NCBI GenBank assembly: GCA_002269645.1
Contig: NIVC01001564.1
Coordinates: forward strand, 233,517-267,883
Length of the DNA stretch: 34,367 bases
From: Macrostomum lignano
Lineage: Eukaryota
Direction: 5' to 3'
Under the pieces are notes generated by a model that saw only the letters and a list, made by a program, of their open reading frames with translations, had not been told where the DNA came from and made no database searches. This document shows, piece after piece, positions 10,851 through 23,878 of the stretch; within the stretch, counting starts at the first letter, position 1; each line of letters begins with the position of its first letter. Position numbers and translations under genes: made by a program.

Positions 10851-11746
10851 TAAGGACACCTAATTTAGCGCCCCAAGGACATCTAGTTTGATCCCCTAAG
10901 GACACCTAATTTATCCCCCAAGTACATCTAGTTTATCGCCCCAAGGACACCTAATTTAGCGCCCCAAGGACATCTAGTTTGATCCCCTAAGGACACCTAA
11001 TTTATCGCCCCAAGTACATCTAGTTTAGCGTCCCAAGGACACCTAATTTATCGCCCCAAGGACACCTAATTTAGTGCCCCAAGGACATCTAGTTTAACGC
11101 CCCAAGGACACCTAATTTAGCGCCTCAAGGACATCTAGTTTAGCGTCCCAAGGACACCTAATTTATCGCCCCAAGGACACCTAATTTAGCGCCCCAAGGA
11201 CATCTAGTTTAGCGTCCCAAGGACACCTAATTTATCGCCCCAAGGACACCTAGTTTAGCGTCCCAAGGACACCTAATTTATCGCCCCAAGGACACCTAGT
11301 TTAGCGTCCCAAGGACACCTAATTTATCGCCCCAAGAACACCTAGTTTAGCGTCCCAAGAACATCTAGTTTGACCCACTAAGGACACCTAATTTATCGCC
11401 CCAAGGACACCTAATTTAGCGCCCCAAGGACATCTAGTTTAGCGTCCCAAGGACACCTAATTTATCACCCCAAGGACACCTAATTTATCGCCCCAAAACA
11501 TCTAGTTTGACCCCCTAAGGACACCTAATTTATCGCCCCAAGGACACCTAATTTAGCGCCTCAAGGACATCTAGTTTAGCGTCCCAAGGACACCTAATTT
11601 ATCGCCCCAAGGACACCTAGTTTAGCGTCCCAAGGACACCTAATTTATCGCCCCAAGGACACCTAGTTTAGCGTCCCAAGGACACCTAATTTATCGCCCC
11701 AAGAACACCTAGTTTAGCGTCCCAAGTACATCTAGTTTGACCCCCA
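10851..11746. repeat. 23-bp minisatellite (CAAGGACACCTAATTTATCGCCC and variants), ~39 units
   Basis: Directly visible tandem units with interspersed variant types (ACACCTAATTT vs ACATCTAGTTT; ATCGCCC, AGCGTCC, GACCCC). Confidence 0.97.
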
Positions 11747-12365
11747 CAGAGAATCGCTCGCTGTGAGAAGCGCCAATTGACAACTGCTTTCAGAAATTTT
11801 TCTTTGAGACTCACTGTATGAGAATCTCTTTCATGCGAGAATTGTCCCTTGCGAAGAACCTTGCAAAAATCGATTCGCAGAGACCCTAACCTGACGTTTT
11901 GATAACTCAAATCTCCAATCCATAGGCGCGTATGGTAATTATAAAGCTTCCTCTCTGGCTCAATGGCCTCCATAAAATTTAGAAAATGCTGTGGAAAAAT
12001 TTCGGCATGCAGTTGGCTTTTGCGAATTTTCTTCTTGATGAATAGCTATTTGCATATGCCATTTTCTAACGCCCTATAAACACATTTTACAATCGGCTTT
12101 CGCGTGGCTATATCTGAGAATAAACATATTTTCAAGACAGCTAATTATGGAGGTGGGAACAGTAAAATGGGGCATCTTTGTGAGAAGGGCAACTGAACCA
12201 CAAAAGGGAAATTCTTAGCTTACTATATGCACCTAAAAATGAGGCATAGAAATGAGATTTTGAGATTGGGGGATTTTTGCGTCACCGATTGTCGGGGGAT
12301 TTTCCGGAGAATTCCCAGGGGGGCTTTGTTTTGACGGGAGGGTGATAGTTGTGCACATATGATGG

Positions 12366-15300
12366 TTAAGGCGATGGAGACTCGTCAGATAAGTCCTGCG
12401 AATCAGGATAGTGCCGCTTTCCGCTGCCCTGCTCGGGTGCACTTGGGCGCTTCTTCGCCTTCTTGCGCAGGTTGTCCCCCGCATGCTTAAGAGCCGAGAT
12501 GACGTGTTTTTCTACATCTCGCTCAGATGGCCTCTCATGAGGCTTGTCGTCTTTGTACATCGTGGAAACGGCTCCTGGAATTGGATTGGTGGTTTTATTC
12601 TGTCAAATTTATTCTACTCTATGCTCCATAGTCCCTACTTTAAGTAGACATTATTCACTTGAATTTGTCTAAATGTTTCATTCTGAACCAGTTTCATTGA
12701 AGAAACTATACTATAAAATTAGGCAAAATGATTCTGATTCTAGATTTACAATTACACACTTTCGGATTTCTGTAAACTTACGCTTCAGAAGAGGAAGCAG
12801 TGTTGTCTGGAAGCCAAGGCTGTCATCTGTTCCCGCGCCGCCGGACCTCTCGGCCAAGCCTCGACCGCAATAGTTTAGCTGGGCCATCATTTCAGGGGTG
12901 ATACACTTTAGCAGCATCCGTCGGATGGTGCTCGCAACACTGTCACCCCGGCAGCGTGCCAGTTGCGTGCGCAGAACTTTCTGTGCCTCCTTATCTGATG
13001 CCAGCTTTAGATAGCCCGCCCACGAAGCAGCTGGTTGCCATTCAGCTTCGGGCAGCTCGATGATAGTGCCGCCAACAGTCGAGTTGCCCTGCCTGTTGAG
13101 GGCCGCCAGAATCTCCCGCTGCTGCTGTTGTATTGTTGCGTCTCGCTGCTCTTGGAGCTGCTGGCCGCGCAACACCAGCAACATCAGCTGCGAGATACCC
13201 TTCAGACTCGCCAAGTCACCGAACTTGGCTGTTAAGTCCATCATCAGCCTGCGAGCGGCTTGGTTCTCCAGTTGTAGGCCCACGCTTTCCCTGTTGCGGC
13301 TCTGGGTGCTTGAGCTAGCAGCTGTGATAGCAGCAGCAGCAGCAGCAGCAGTGAAACTCTGGTCATGTTGAGGCCCTGGTGTCGATGTAGCCGTAGCGGT
13401 ATCTGTTGGCTGAATAGAATAGGGGTGGGGGACAAATCATTACACTCATTACTCCGGATCTGCGAATACATTTATGTCATTTTCTTGTATAAAGCATATA
13501 CACCTTATACTTTCATAGTCTCGAATTCGTACTTAAAATTTAATGCGAACATAGCATAGCATTTATCAATCACAATTACTAATCTTGCACACTCATTTAT
13601 TTATTACTTTGAAGTTGCTGCTGTCGAGACTATAGTGACTAAAATGATGTGCAAAGATGACCAGGGGACCGGATTAACCTTTCCCAAGAATTAAACATGT
13701 CAAGGCGCTCACTATAGTATAAATATACCGTACCCACGGCCAAGCGCCTGAGCGTTATAAATATTTTGTTGTACTTTTTATTTGCGACTCAGTTGTCATG
13801 ATTTACCATAGAAAATTTCCTTTTACAGTTCTTTCTCGCAGTTAAGTTTCTCGCTTCATATCTTCTCATCGTTTAACTCATAATATATATACTTGAATTC
13901 AGCCCAAGTTGACCTATAATTTCACTACAGCGTAAATCTAAAAATTGGTCTGCCATGACATTTTCATCGTCAGGTAGTGAGACACAAGGTGTGCTATGCT
14001 TACCCGCACCGAACGATGCAAATCCGACGGAGAAGCGGCTGCTGCTGAAGGTGAAGCTCGGTTCTGCATGGGTAGTAGTTGAGCCGCCTCCATACTCGGC
14101 TTAGGTACCACAGAAGCTCCATGTGGATGGCTCGCGGATGCTGCTGGCTGCCCGGAACCGACATCAGCCTCTGAATCCTTCGTGCCATGATCCGATTGGA
14201 GTGCCTGCACAGATAGATCGCATAGTATGGGAATGGATTATATAGTTTATCCAGGTGTATGATTATTTCAAAGCCCGAAATTATCTCACGTTATGCTTAG
14301 ACTATAACGACGCAACAGTGAAGGGAAAGGCCCGAATTATACTCATTTTTCTAAGCTAGCAGAATTATATTTTACCTGATGGCTTGTGGATAACTCCGTT
14401 AAAGCAGCCCTTGGCCTTAGCTTAGAGTTTATTCTTAGAAACGTACAAACAAAAATAGGAGTAAAATCATTCTCCTTCCCTGTCCGCAACCGTTGTTTTT
14501 ACCCATAATCCGCTCATTCCTTTCCACTCTGCCCTCCGACCACTCCCACACTTCCATTTGTATTTCTAAGAACGAATTCTTTCTACTGCACTGCAAAAAG
14601 ACAGTCAAAAAGCTTTTTCGACGGCGTGATTTTTGGCTCCTGTTCTGATCGATAGACACCTGGTTTCTTAATAATTTAGTTTGGTAAATTATCTTTTACA
14701 TACCTGCACGGGCTTCAGCAGCAGCCGCTTCTTCACTCCGGGACAAATAACGCGTGGCGAAACCTGAAGGAACATTCGCTTCGGGCGAAAGTCTTTTTCA
14801 AGCCGGCACCTGCGGCAGTACTGTATGACTCTTGTAAGATCATACCCGTCATCAAGCGATACCTGAGAAGTAAGGATTGGGTGTAAATCTAAATTGTATG
14901 GTATAAGTCGTCCCCGACTCCATTTTATTTGTATGCATTATATAGATGAAGGTAGCAGGCTGCAGGTCTTGATAAAGTGCGGACGGTTTTTATATTCTAC
15001 GGAATACCTGCGGAATGGTGTAAAATATTTATGATGCGGACATTGTTTTGGCTCCAATGGCTTCCTCATCAAACGATGCAATATTTCCCCGCATTCAGCT
15101 ACATGCTATACCATCGTGGCCCTTGTTATATGCACTTTTCAATTTCCGAAAAATGTGCACTGCTCTATTTCCAGTAGTGTAGTCGGGCATAGGAATCATA
15201 ACAATCAAAGTGGAAAAACTGGTAGAAATTTCTGCTTCTTGACACGGTACGGTGGACTCAATTTAAACATTGTTATTGCCTAAAGAGTCTGTTGTGGCAG

Positions 15301-15653
15301 TAACAGGCTTTGAAAGCCCAGGAAAAGCAATTATATTAAGGAATTTATTCTATTCCGCATTCCGGTTCCGCAGTTTATAAAGAGCCGCAGGCTGCAGCTG
15401 ACCAAACAATAGAAATAAGATAAAAAAGTCAATATCATTTGCTTACCAATATAACTGTTGCTTCGTAGAAGGCGTCTCCGTAGATGGCGCTGCAACGGAT
15501 CCGCTCCGTCTCATGATCATCACTTTGAGCAAAGCCTATCCAGTCATTGTGACTGTCAAACGTAGCGAATCGCCCTTGAAGCCTTATTTGTTCAAAAGGT
15601 ACTTCAACTACTTCCAGGTCGCAACTAAAAATTACTACGAAGCGCATTGCCAT
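12366..15653 (-). CDS. Five-exon, 467-aa DUF4806-like protein (TE accessory-type). Exons 15653-15447, 14862-14704, 14204-14004, 13409-12782, 12574-12366
   Basis: All four introns are canonical (donors GTAAGC, GTATGT, GTAAGC, GTAAGT; acceptors TTCTCAG, TGTGCAG, TATTCAG, ATTCCAG) and join in frame (phases 0,0,0,1; 1404 nt). The N-terminus MAMRFVVIFSCDLEVVEVPFEQI and the C-terminal GDSVASTIRRMLLKCITPEMMAQLNYCGRG...FQTTLLPLLKRAV...ERDVEKHVISALKHAGD match my recollection of the DUF4806 family pattern (recognised by eye, no HMM run). Confidence 0.75.
14965..15386. mobile_element. MULE/Mutator-like MITE nested in intron 1 of the DUF4806-like gene
   Basis: 10-bp direct repeat GCAGGCTGCA at 14955-14964 and 15387-15396. 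GG-initiated TIRs: GGTCTTGATAAAGTGCGGA vs reverse complement GGCTCTTTATAAACTGCGGA. Confidence 0.75.
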
Positions 15654-15894
15654 ATACGAGCGTACTAGAGCTGAGAGATAACTACAGAAACGATCAGATA
15701 GATATGTCAGATGCTCATAGGAATTGTTCTACGAAGTGAATAGTATCTGACTCAGAAAGTCGTAGTCTGTTCTTAAATGCCACTTAATTCTTTTGTGAAC
15801 CAATGAGAAAGCTACTGCTCTTTTTATCCTCTCTCTCGTTTGCATTCTTTTAGTCCTCATGTTCAGCGACAGCCAATGGGAGATCTTAGTGCAT

Positions 15895-16500
<606 letters not shown>

Positions 16501-17037
16501 TTATCTTGCCTATGAGATACATTGTGATGGTGGGTAGGAGGGTATGCTGTGCTATGTGGCGCCACTCTGTCTGTAACGATGAGACTTTATCGGTACACCC
16601 ACATTCCGGCTGGCCATGAATATGGAACTGAGTGTTCGCAAAAAGGCCCTCAAACCCCCACTACCCCTATCTTTTACATTTCTAAGTTTGAAAATCGGAA
16701 ATGAAGAGCGTGGGAAAATTACTTGAATTGGCTTAGAATGTTAAGATTTAGTATATTTGGATTGCTCTTTGTTTGCCGGGGCTTCAGCACACACCCTCCA
16801 TCTTGCACCCTGCCTCTTCCGGATCCACCAAAATACGCAACAGACTGAGTGTTGTGATCTGTACCCTGGCCCCTCCCCTTCCTTTGATGCAGGCTCCTGC
16901 TTGATTTCCCTGCTTGATTAGTTGCTAAAATGCTATTGCTAAAATTTGTGATTCAAAGGTAACGATAAAAATATATTCTAAAAAAAACATTTGTATTTGT
17001 ATTTACTAATACAGCTTTACAGCTATTTGTATTCATT

Positions 17038-20000
17038 TCTCCGCCTTCGAGTATCTGGAAAGCTGATTAGGCTAGAGATCCGATTCTTTCTGCAAAAGAC
17101 ACCGACTGGGGTGCTCTAATTATCTGTAGAGTCTCATATCTGAATCTACAGATACAGCTTGGCAGTTGCTGATTGATTTTTTTGGCTTTCCCTATTAAAA
17201 TACATTAGAATTTCTAGGAATCTCCGCTTTTGAATATCTGGAAAGCTGATTAGGCTAGAGATCCGATTCTTTCTGCAAAAGACACCGACTGGGGTGCTCT
17301 AATTATCTGTAGAGTCTCATATCTGAATCTACAGATACAGCTTGGCAGTTGCTGATTGATTTTTTTGGCTTTCCCTATTAAAATACATTAGAATTTCTAG
17401 GAATCTCCGCTTTTGAATATCTGGAAAGCTGATTAGGCTAGAGATCCGATTCTTTCTGCAAAAGACACCGACTGGGGTGCTCTAATTATCTGTAGAGTCT
17501 CATATCTGAATCTACAGATACAGCTTGGCAGTTGCTGATTGATTTTTTTGGCTTTCCCTATTAAAATACATTAGAATTTCTAGGAATCTCCGCTTTTGAA
17601 TATCTGGAAAGCTGATTAGGCTAGAGATCCGATTCTTTCTGCAAAAGACACCGACTGGGGTGCTCTAATTATCTGTAGAGTCTCATATCTGAATCTACAG
17701 ATACAGCTTGGCAGTTGCTGATTGATTTTTTTGGCTTTCCCTATTAAAATACATTAGAATTTCTAGGAATCTCCGCTTTTGAATATCTGGAAAGCTGATT
17801 AGGCTAGAGATCCGATTCTTTCTGCAAAAGACACCGACTGGGGTGCTCTAATTATCTGTAGAGTCTCATATCTGAATCTACAGATACAGCTTGGCAGTTG
17901 CTGATTGATTTTTTTGGCTTTCCCTATTAAAATACATTAGAATTTCTAGGAATCTCCGCTTTTGAATATCTGGAAAGCTGATTAGGCTAGAGATCCGATT
18001 CTTTCTGCAAAAGACACCGACTGGGGTGCTCTAATTATCTGTAGAGTCTCATATCTGAATCTACAGATACAGCTTGGCAGTTGCTGATTGATTTTTTTGG
18101 CTTTCCCTATTAAAATACATTAGAATTTCTAGGAATCTCCGCTTTTGAATATCTGGAAAGCTGATTAGGCTAGAGATCCGATTCTTTCTGCAAAAGACAC
18201 CGACTGGGGTGCTCTAATTATCTGTAGAGTCTCATATCTGAATCTACAGATACAGCTTGGCAGTTGCTGATTGATTTTTTTGGCTTTCCCTATTAAAATA
18301 CATTAGAATTTCTAGGAATCTCCGCTTTTGAATATCTGGAAAGCTGATTAGGCTAGAGATCCGATTCTTTCTGCAAAAGACACCGACTGGGGTGCTCTAA
18401 TTATCTGTAGAGTCTCATATCTGAATCTACAGATACAGCTTGGCAGTTGCTGATTGATTTTTTTGGCTTTCCCTATTAAAATACATTAGAATTTCTAGGA
18501 ATCTCCGCTTTTGAATATCTGGAAAGCTGATTAGGCTAGAGATCCGATTCTTTCTGCAAAAGACACCGACTGGGGTGCTCTAATTATCTGTAGAGTCTCA
18601 TATCTGAATCTACAGATACAGCTTGGCAGTTGCTGATTGATTTTTTTGGCTTTCCCTATTAAAATACATTAGAATTTCTAGGAATCTCCGCTTTTGAATA
18701 TCTGGAAAGCTGATTAGGCTAGAGATCCGATTCTTTCTGCAAAAGACACCGACTGGGGTGCTCTAATTATCTGTAGAGTCTCATATCTGAATCTACAGAT
18801 ACAGCTTGGCAGTTGCTGATTGATTTTTTTGGCTTTCCCTATTAAAATACATTAGAATTTCTAGGAATCTCCGCTTTTGAATATCTGGAAAGCTGATTAG
18901 GCTAGAGATCCGATTCTTTCTGCAAAAGACACCGACTGGGGTGCTCTAATTATCTGTAGAGTCTCATATCTGAATCTACAGATACAGCTTGGCAGTTGCT
19001 GATTGATTTTTTTGGCTTTCCCTATTAAAATACATTAGAATTTCTAGGAATCTCCGCTTTTGAATATCTGGAAAGCTGATTAGGCTAGAGATCCGATTCT
19101 TTCTGCAAAAGACACCGACTGGGGTGCTCTAATTATCTGTAGAGTCTCATATCTGAATCTACAGATACAGCTTGGCAGTTGCTGATTGATTTTTTTGGCT
19201 TTCCCTATTAAAATACATTAGAATTTCTAGGAATCTCCGCTTTTGAATATCTGGAAAGCTGATTAGGCTAGAGATCCGATTCTTTCTGCAAAAGACACCG
19301 ACTGGGGTGCTCTAATTATCTGTAGAGTCTCATATCTGAATCTACAGATACAGCTTGGCAGTTGCTGATTGATTTTTTTGGCTTTCCCTATTAAAATACA
19401 TTAGAATTTCTAGGAATCTCCGCTTTTGAATATCTGGAAAGCTGATTAGGCTAGAGATCCGATTCTTTCTGCAAAAGACACCGACTGGGGTGCTCTAATT
19501 ATCTGTAGAGTCTCATATCTGAATCTACAGATACAGCTTGGCAGTTGCTGATTGATTTTTTTGGCTTTCCCTATTAAAATACATTAGAATTTCTAGGAAT
19601 CTCCGCTTTTGAATATCTGGAAAGCTGATTAGGCTAGAGATCCGATTCTTTCTGCAAAAGACACCGACTGGGGTGCTCTAATTATCTGTAGAGTCTCATA
19701 TCTGAATCTACAGATACAGCTTGGCAGTTGCTGATTGATTTTTTTGGCTTTCCCTATTAAAATACATTAGAATTTCTAGGAATCTCCGCTTTTGAATATC
19801 TGGAAAGCTGATTAGGCTAGAGATCCGATTCTTTCTGCAAAAGACACCGACTGGGGTGCTCTAATTATCTGTAGAGTCTCATATCTGAATCTACAGATAC
19901 AGCTTGGCAGTTGCTGATTGATTTTTTTGGCTTTCCCTATTAAAATACATTAGAATTTCTAGGAATCTCCGCTTTTGAATATCTGGAAAGCTGATTAGGC

Positions 20001-21806
20001 TAGAGATCCGATTCTTTCTGCAAAAGACACCGACTGGGGTGCTCTAATTATCTGTAGAGTCTCATATCTGAATCTACAGATACAGCTTGGCAGTTGCTGA
20101 TTGATTTTTTTGGCTTTCCCTATTAAAATACATTAGAATTTCTAGGAATCTCCGCTTTTGAATATCTGGAAAGCTGATTAGGCTAGAGATCCGATTCTTT
20201 CTGCAAAAGACACCGACTGGGGTGCTCTAATTATCTGTAGAGTCTCATATCTGAATCTACAGATACAGCTTGGCAGTTGCTGATTGATTTTTTTGGCTTT
20301 CCCTATTAAAATACATTAGAATTTCTAGGAATCTCCGCTTTTGAATATCTGGAAAGCTGATTAGGCTAGAGATCCGATTCTTTCTGCAAAAGACACCGAC
20401 TGGGGTGCTCTAATTATCTGTAGAGTCTCATATCTGAATCTACAGATACAGCTTGGCAGTTGCTGATTGATTTTTTTGGCTTTCCCTATTAAAATACATT
20501 AGAATTTCTAGGAATCTCCGCTTTTGAATATCTGGAAAGCTGATTAGGCTAGAGATCCGATTCTTTCTGCAAAAGACACCGACTGGGGTGCTCTAATTAT
20601 CTGTAGAGTCTCATATCTGAATCTACAGATACAGCTTGGCAGTTGCTGATTGATTTTTTTGGCTTTCCCTATTAAAATACATTAGAATTTCTAGGAATCT
20701 CCGCTTTTGAATATCTGGAAAGCTGATTAGGCTAGAGATCCGATTCTTTCTGCAAAAGACACCGACTGGGGTGCTCTAATTATCTGTAGAGTCTCATATC
20801 TGATCTACAGATACAGCTTGGCAGTTGCTGATTGATTTTTTTGGCTTTCCCTATTAAAATACATTAGAATTTCTAGGAATCTCCGCTTTTGAATATCTGG
20901 AAAGCTGATTAGGCTAGAGATCCGATTCTTTCTGCAAAAGACACCGACTGGGGTGCTCTAATTATCTGTAGAGTCTCATATCTGAATCTACAGATACAGC
21001 TTGGCAGTTGCTGATTGATTTTTTTGGCTTTCCCTATTAAAATACATTAGAATTTCTAGGAATCTCCGCTTTTGAATATCTGGAAAGCTGATTAGGCTAG
21101 AGATCCGATTCTTTCTGCAAAAGACACCGACTGGGGTGCTCTAATTATCTGTAGAGTCTCATATCTGAATCTACAGATACAGCTTGGCAGTTGCTGATTG
21201 ATTTTTTTGGCTTTCCCTATTAAAATACATTAGAATTTCTAGGAATCTCCGCTTTTGAATATCTGGAAAGCTGATTAGGCTAGAGATCCGATTCTTTCTG
21301 CAAAAGACACCGACTGGGGTGCTCTAATTATCTGTAGAGTCTCATATCTGAATCTACAGATACAGCTTGGCAGTTGCTGATTGATTTTTTTGGCTTTCCC
21401 TATTAAAATACATTAGAATTTCTAGGAATCTCCGCTTTTGAATATCTGGAAAGCTGATTAGGCTAGAGATCCGATTCTTTCTGCAAAAGACACCGACTGG
21501 GGTGCTCTAATTATCTGTAGAGTCTCATATCTGAATCTACAGATACAGCTTGGCAGTTGCTGATTGATTTTTTTGGCTTTCCCTATTGAAATACATTAGA
21601 ATTTCTAGGAATCTCCGCTTTTGAATATCTGGAAAGCTGATTAGGCTAGAGATCCGATTCTTTCTGCAAAAGACACCGACTGGGATGCTCTAATTATCTG
21701 TAGAGTCTCATATCTGAATCTACAGATACAGCTTGGCAGTTGCTGATTGATTTTTTTGGCTTTCCCTATTAAAATACATTAGAATTTCTAGGAATCTCCG
21801 CTTTTG
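17038..21806. repeat. 183-bp tandem satellite, 26 nearly identical copies
   Basis: Period 183 measured from successive GGAATCTCC anchors (17218, 17401, 17584 ... 21792). Each unit contains a 10-bp stem TATCTGTAGA-N14-TCTACAGATA and the palindrome TAGAATTTCTA. Confidence 0.99.
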
Positions 21807-22342
21807 ATCTATGACATCGACAATTAGAGCGCGCCATTGAATTTCTCGTAAAATTGTGATTGAATGCTAATGCAAATAAAGTAATTTTAATTCAGCTCAT
21901 ATTTAATTTAAATAACTTAATTTCAAAGCAAACGTTCTTCCTATTTGTCGTGTAATTTGCGGCCGCTTTGAGGCTTTGTCATTGGAGGATTCATCATGCG
22001 GCGGGGATGAGGTGGGGAACAGTTAAGGGGTGTGGGGAACGAATAAAATTAATGAGCTATGTTAGACTGTGTTAGATTTCCCGCGGGGGATCTAATCAGA
22101 CCAATAAGTCGACATCACAGACCAATGAGTGTTCTGTAAATCTAAAAGATTGCTTGCTTCTTCCCGTGGCCCCAAGTGTTACTTGCATACATTCGTATTG
22201 GTGCAGTGAAGTAAAGGTCTTACAAAGCTGTTTGCTCATAGAGTAGTGTCCTATGCCCTACTTATAGTAGGCACAAGACAACACGTTTAAACTTCGGAAG
22301 ACTAATAATGCATTATAATGTACAACAAAATTCCAAGTCTGA

Positions 22343-22612
22343 TTTTTACACGATGAAGAAGTCGATATTTCAACACCCTTGATTAAACCAGGACTCAAAT
22401 TTCCCTATTTGCATCCCAGCTGCATAGCAACATATTTTCCCTTGGATACCATTGTTTCTATCACCTCAGCTGTTCCCATTAAGGATTATGATGTCCCAGA
22501 TTGCACATTAAAGCGAACTGACTACATTTTAAGCAAAGAAACGTATTCGTTATGCCATAATCGGCAAAATGCAATCAATAGATTTATCCATGACAAAGAT
22601 CAATATCCTTAG
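22343..22612 (+). pseudogene. Possible remnant of a TE-derived coding exon near the right end of the TIR element
   Basis: Open frame FLHDEEVDISTPLIKPGLKFPYLHPSCIATYFPLDT...RTDYILSKETY... loosely resembles the (F/Y)LHP...P..D...R.Y.L tail of invertebrate transposon proteins. Stop codons lie upstream. Recognition is weak. Confidence 0.25.
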
Positions 22613-23878
22613 TCAAGCATTTGATTAACGAGTTCAAAATTTTAACAGCAGACAAGACGTTAAATTTCTATGCAACACTTTAAAATTTGCACTTTAAACA
22701 GCCAGTGCAGAAATAGTCGTATACAAGAAAAAATAATTTGTTACTATGCGGTTGGACTGCTAGGGTAACAAATTCACAAGGATTCTGTTCGCCTGCAAGC
22801 CAAAATTAAATAAGGTTGGGGACTTTAGAGGTTTAATTTGGCCTAGACCGTTGTATTAAGAAGATACCTATTAGTAGGTAAAACATCATGAAATGAAATG
22901 ACATAAAATGACCATTTATCTAAAAAGTACCGATTCCAAAGCTCTATAAGTCTTTGAAGGCGACTCAAGTTACGCTTTTATAAGCCATATAAAATTTATT
23001 TGCCTGAGAAAGGCTAATGCGCAGTTCATACTACTGAGTAGTATTCTGCATACACGTGGGTCGCCAATTAGGCTAACAGTCGAGTGCTTGGCGACCCGGA
23101 GGTTAGCCGACCCATTTTAGTACGCGGGCGCGACCAGGCGCATAACCTCTGATCAAGCGACCCTTTGGCGACCATGTCAAATTATTGATATTTCACTTCC
23201 TTAACCCCGAACTAACCTCAAACAGCCTGTTTTGAGTCATTTGGAGTACATTAGTAGCAGAAAAAAAATTCGACCCGAAATACGACGGACAGCCGTCGCA
23301 ACTCCGTCGCCGCGACCATTTTTTTCCCATCGGGTATTTCAATTTTAAATTATTTCAAGTCTGATGTGAGTCGAATGCGAAGTTAGTTGCACGACAACTA
23401 AGAAAAGAGAAGATTGGGTTTCTGTCAGATTTATCTAAAATTGACAATATTCGTATCATTTCCTATTCACTCTACGATGTACGAGTGTATATTGCGTTTG
23501 TTGGCCCCAAATCGGGCCGTTTTTATTTTTCCTGCTTCGTGCTTACTTAAGGCGTTTCGTATAATAATTTTACGATCGATATTTTAGACCTCTCCGTGCG
23601 CATGGCGCACGAAGAAGTCCAGTTTTATTACCTTTAAATATAGCCTGGTCTCTCTCTTCCTACCTTTTACGACTTTTTACCGTTAAAACTTTCACTGCCC
23701 GCCTCTTGCTAAATATAGCCTTCCTAAGTGTTAGTCATTCTGTCTTCGTTATTTGTCTCACTAGCAATTGGACAGTTTACAACACAATGGCCAATCACGC
23801 AAACCCGTGCATCAAGTCATGCACTCTCATGTACTTCAATCAAAGTTAAAATCACTCAAAAACCCTACGCACTCCAGA

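Noticed and set aside
11686-11973. 95-aa minus-strand ORF with LWIGDL (RRM RNP2-like)
   Set aside because: No RNP1 motif or other support, and it runs into the minisatellite.
17038-21806. CRISPR-like or RNA-gene array reading of the 183-bp repeats
   Set aside because: Units are identical end to end with no unique spacers, the context is eukaryotic, and I see no tRNA/5S/snRNA motifs.
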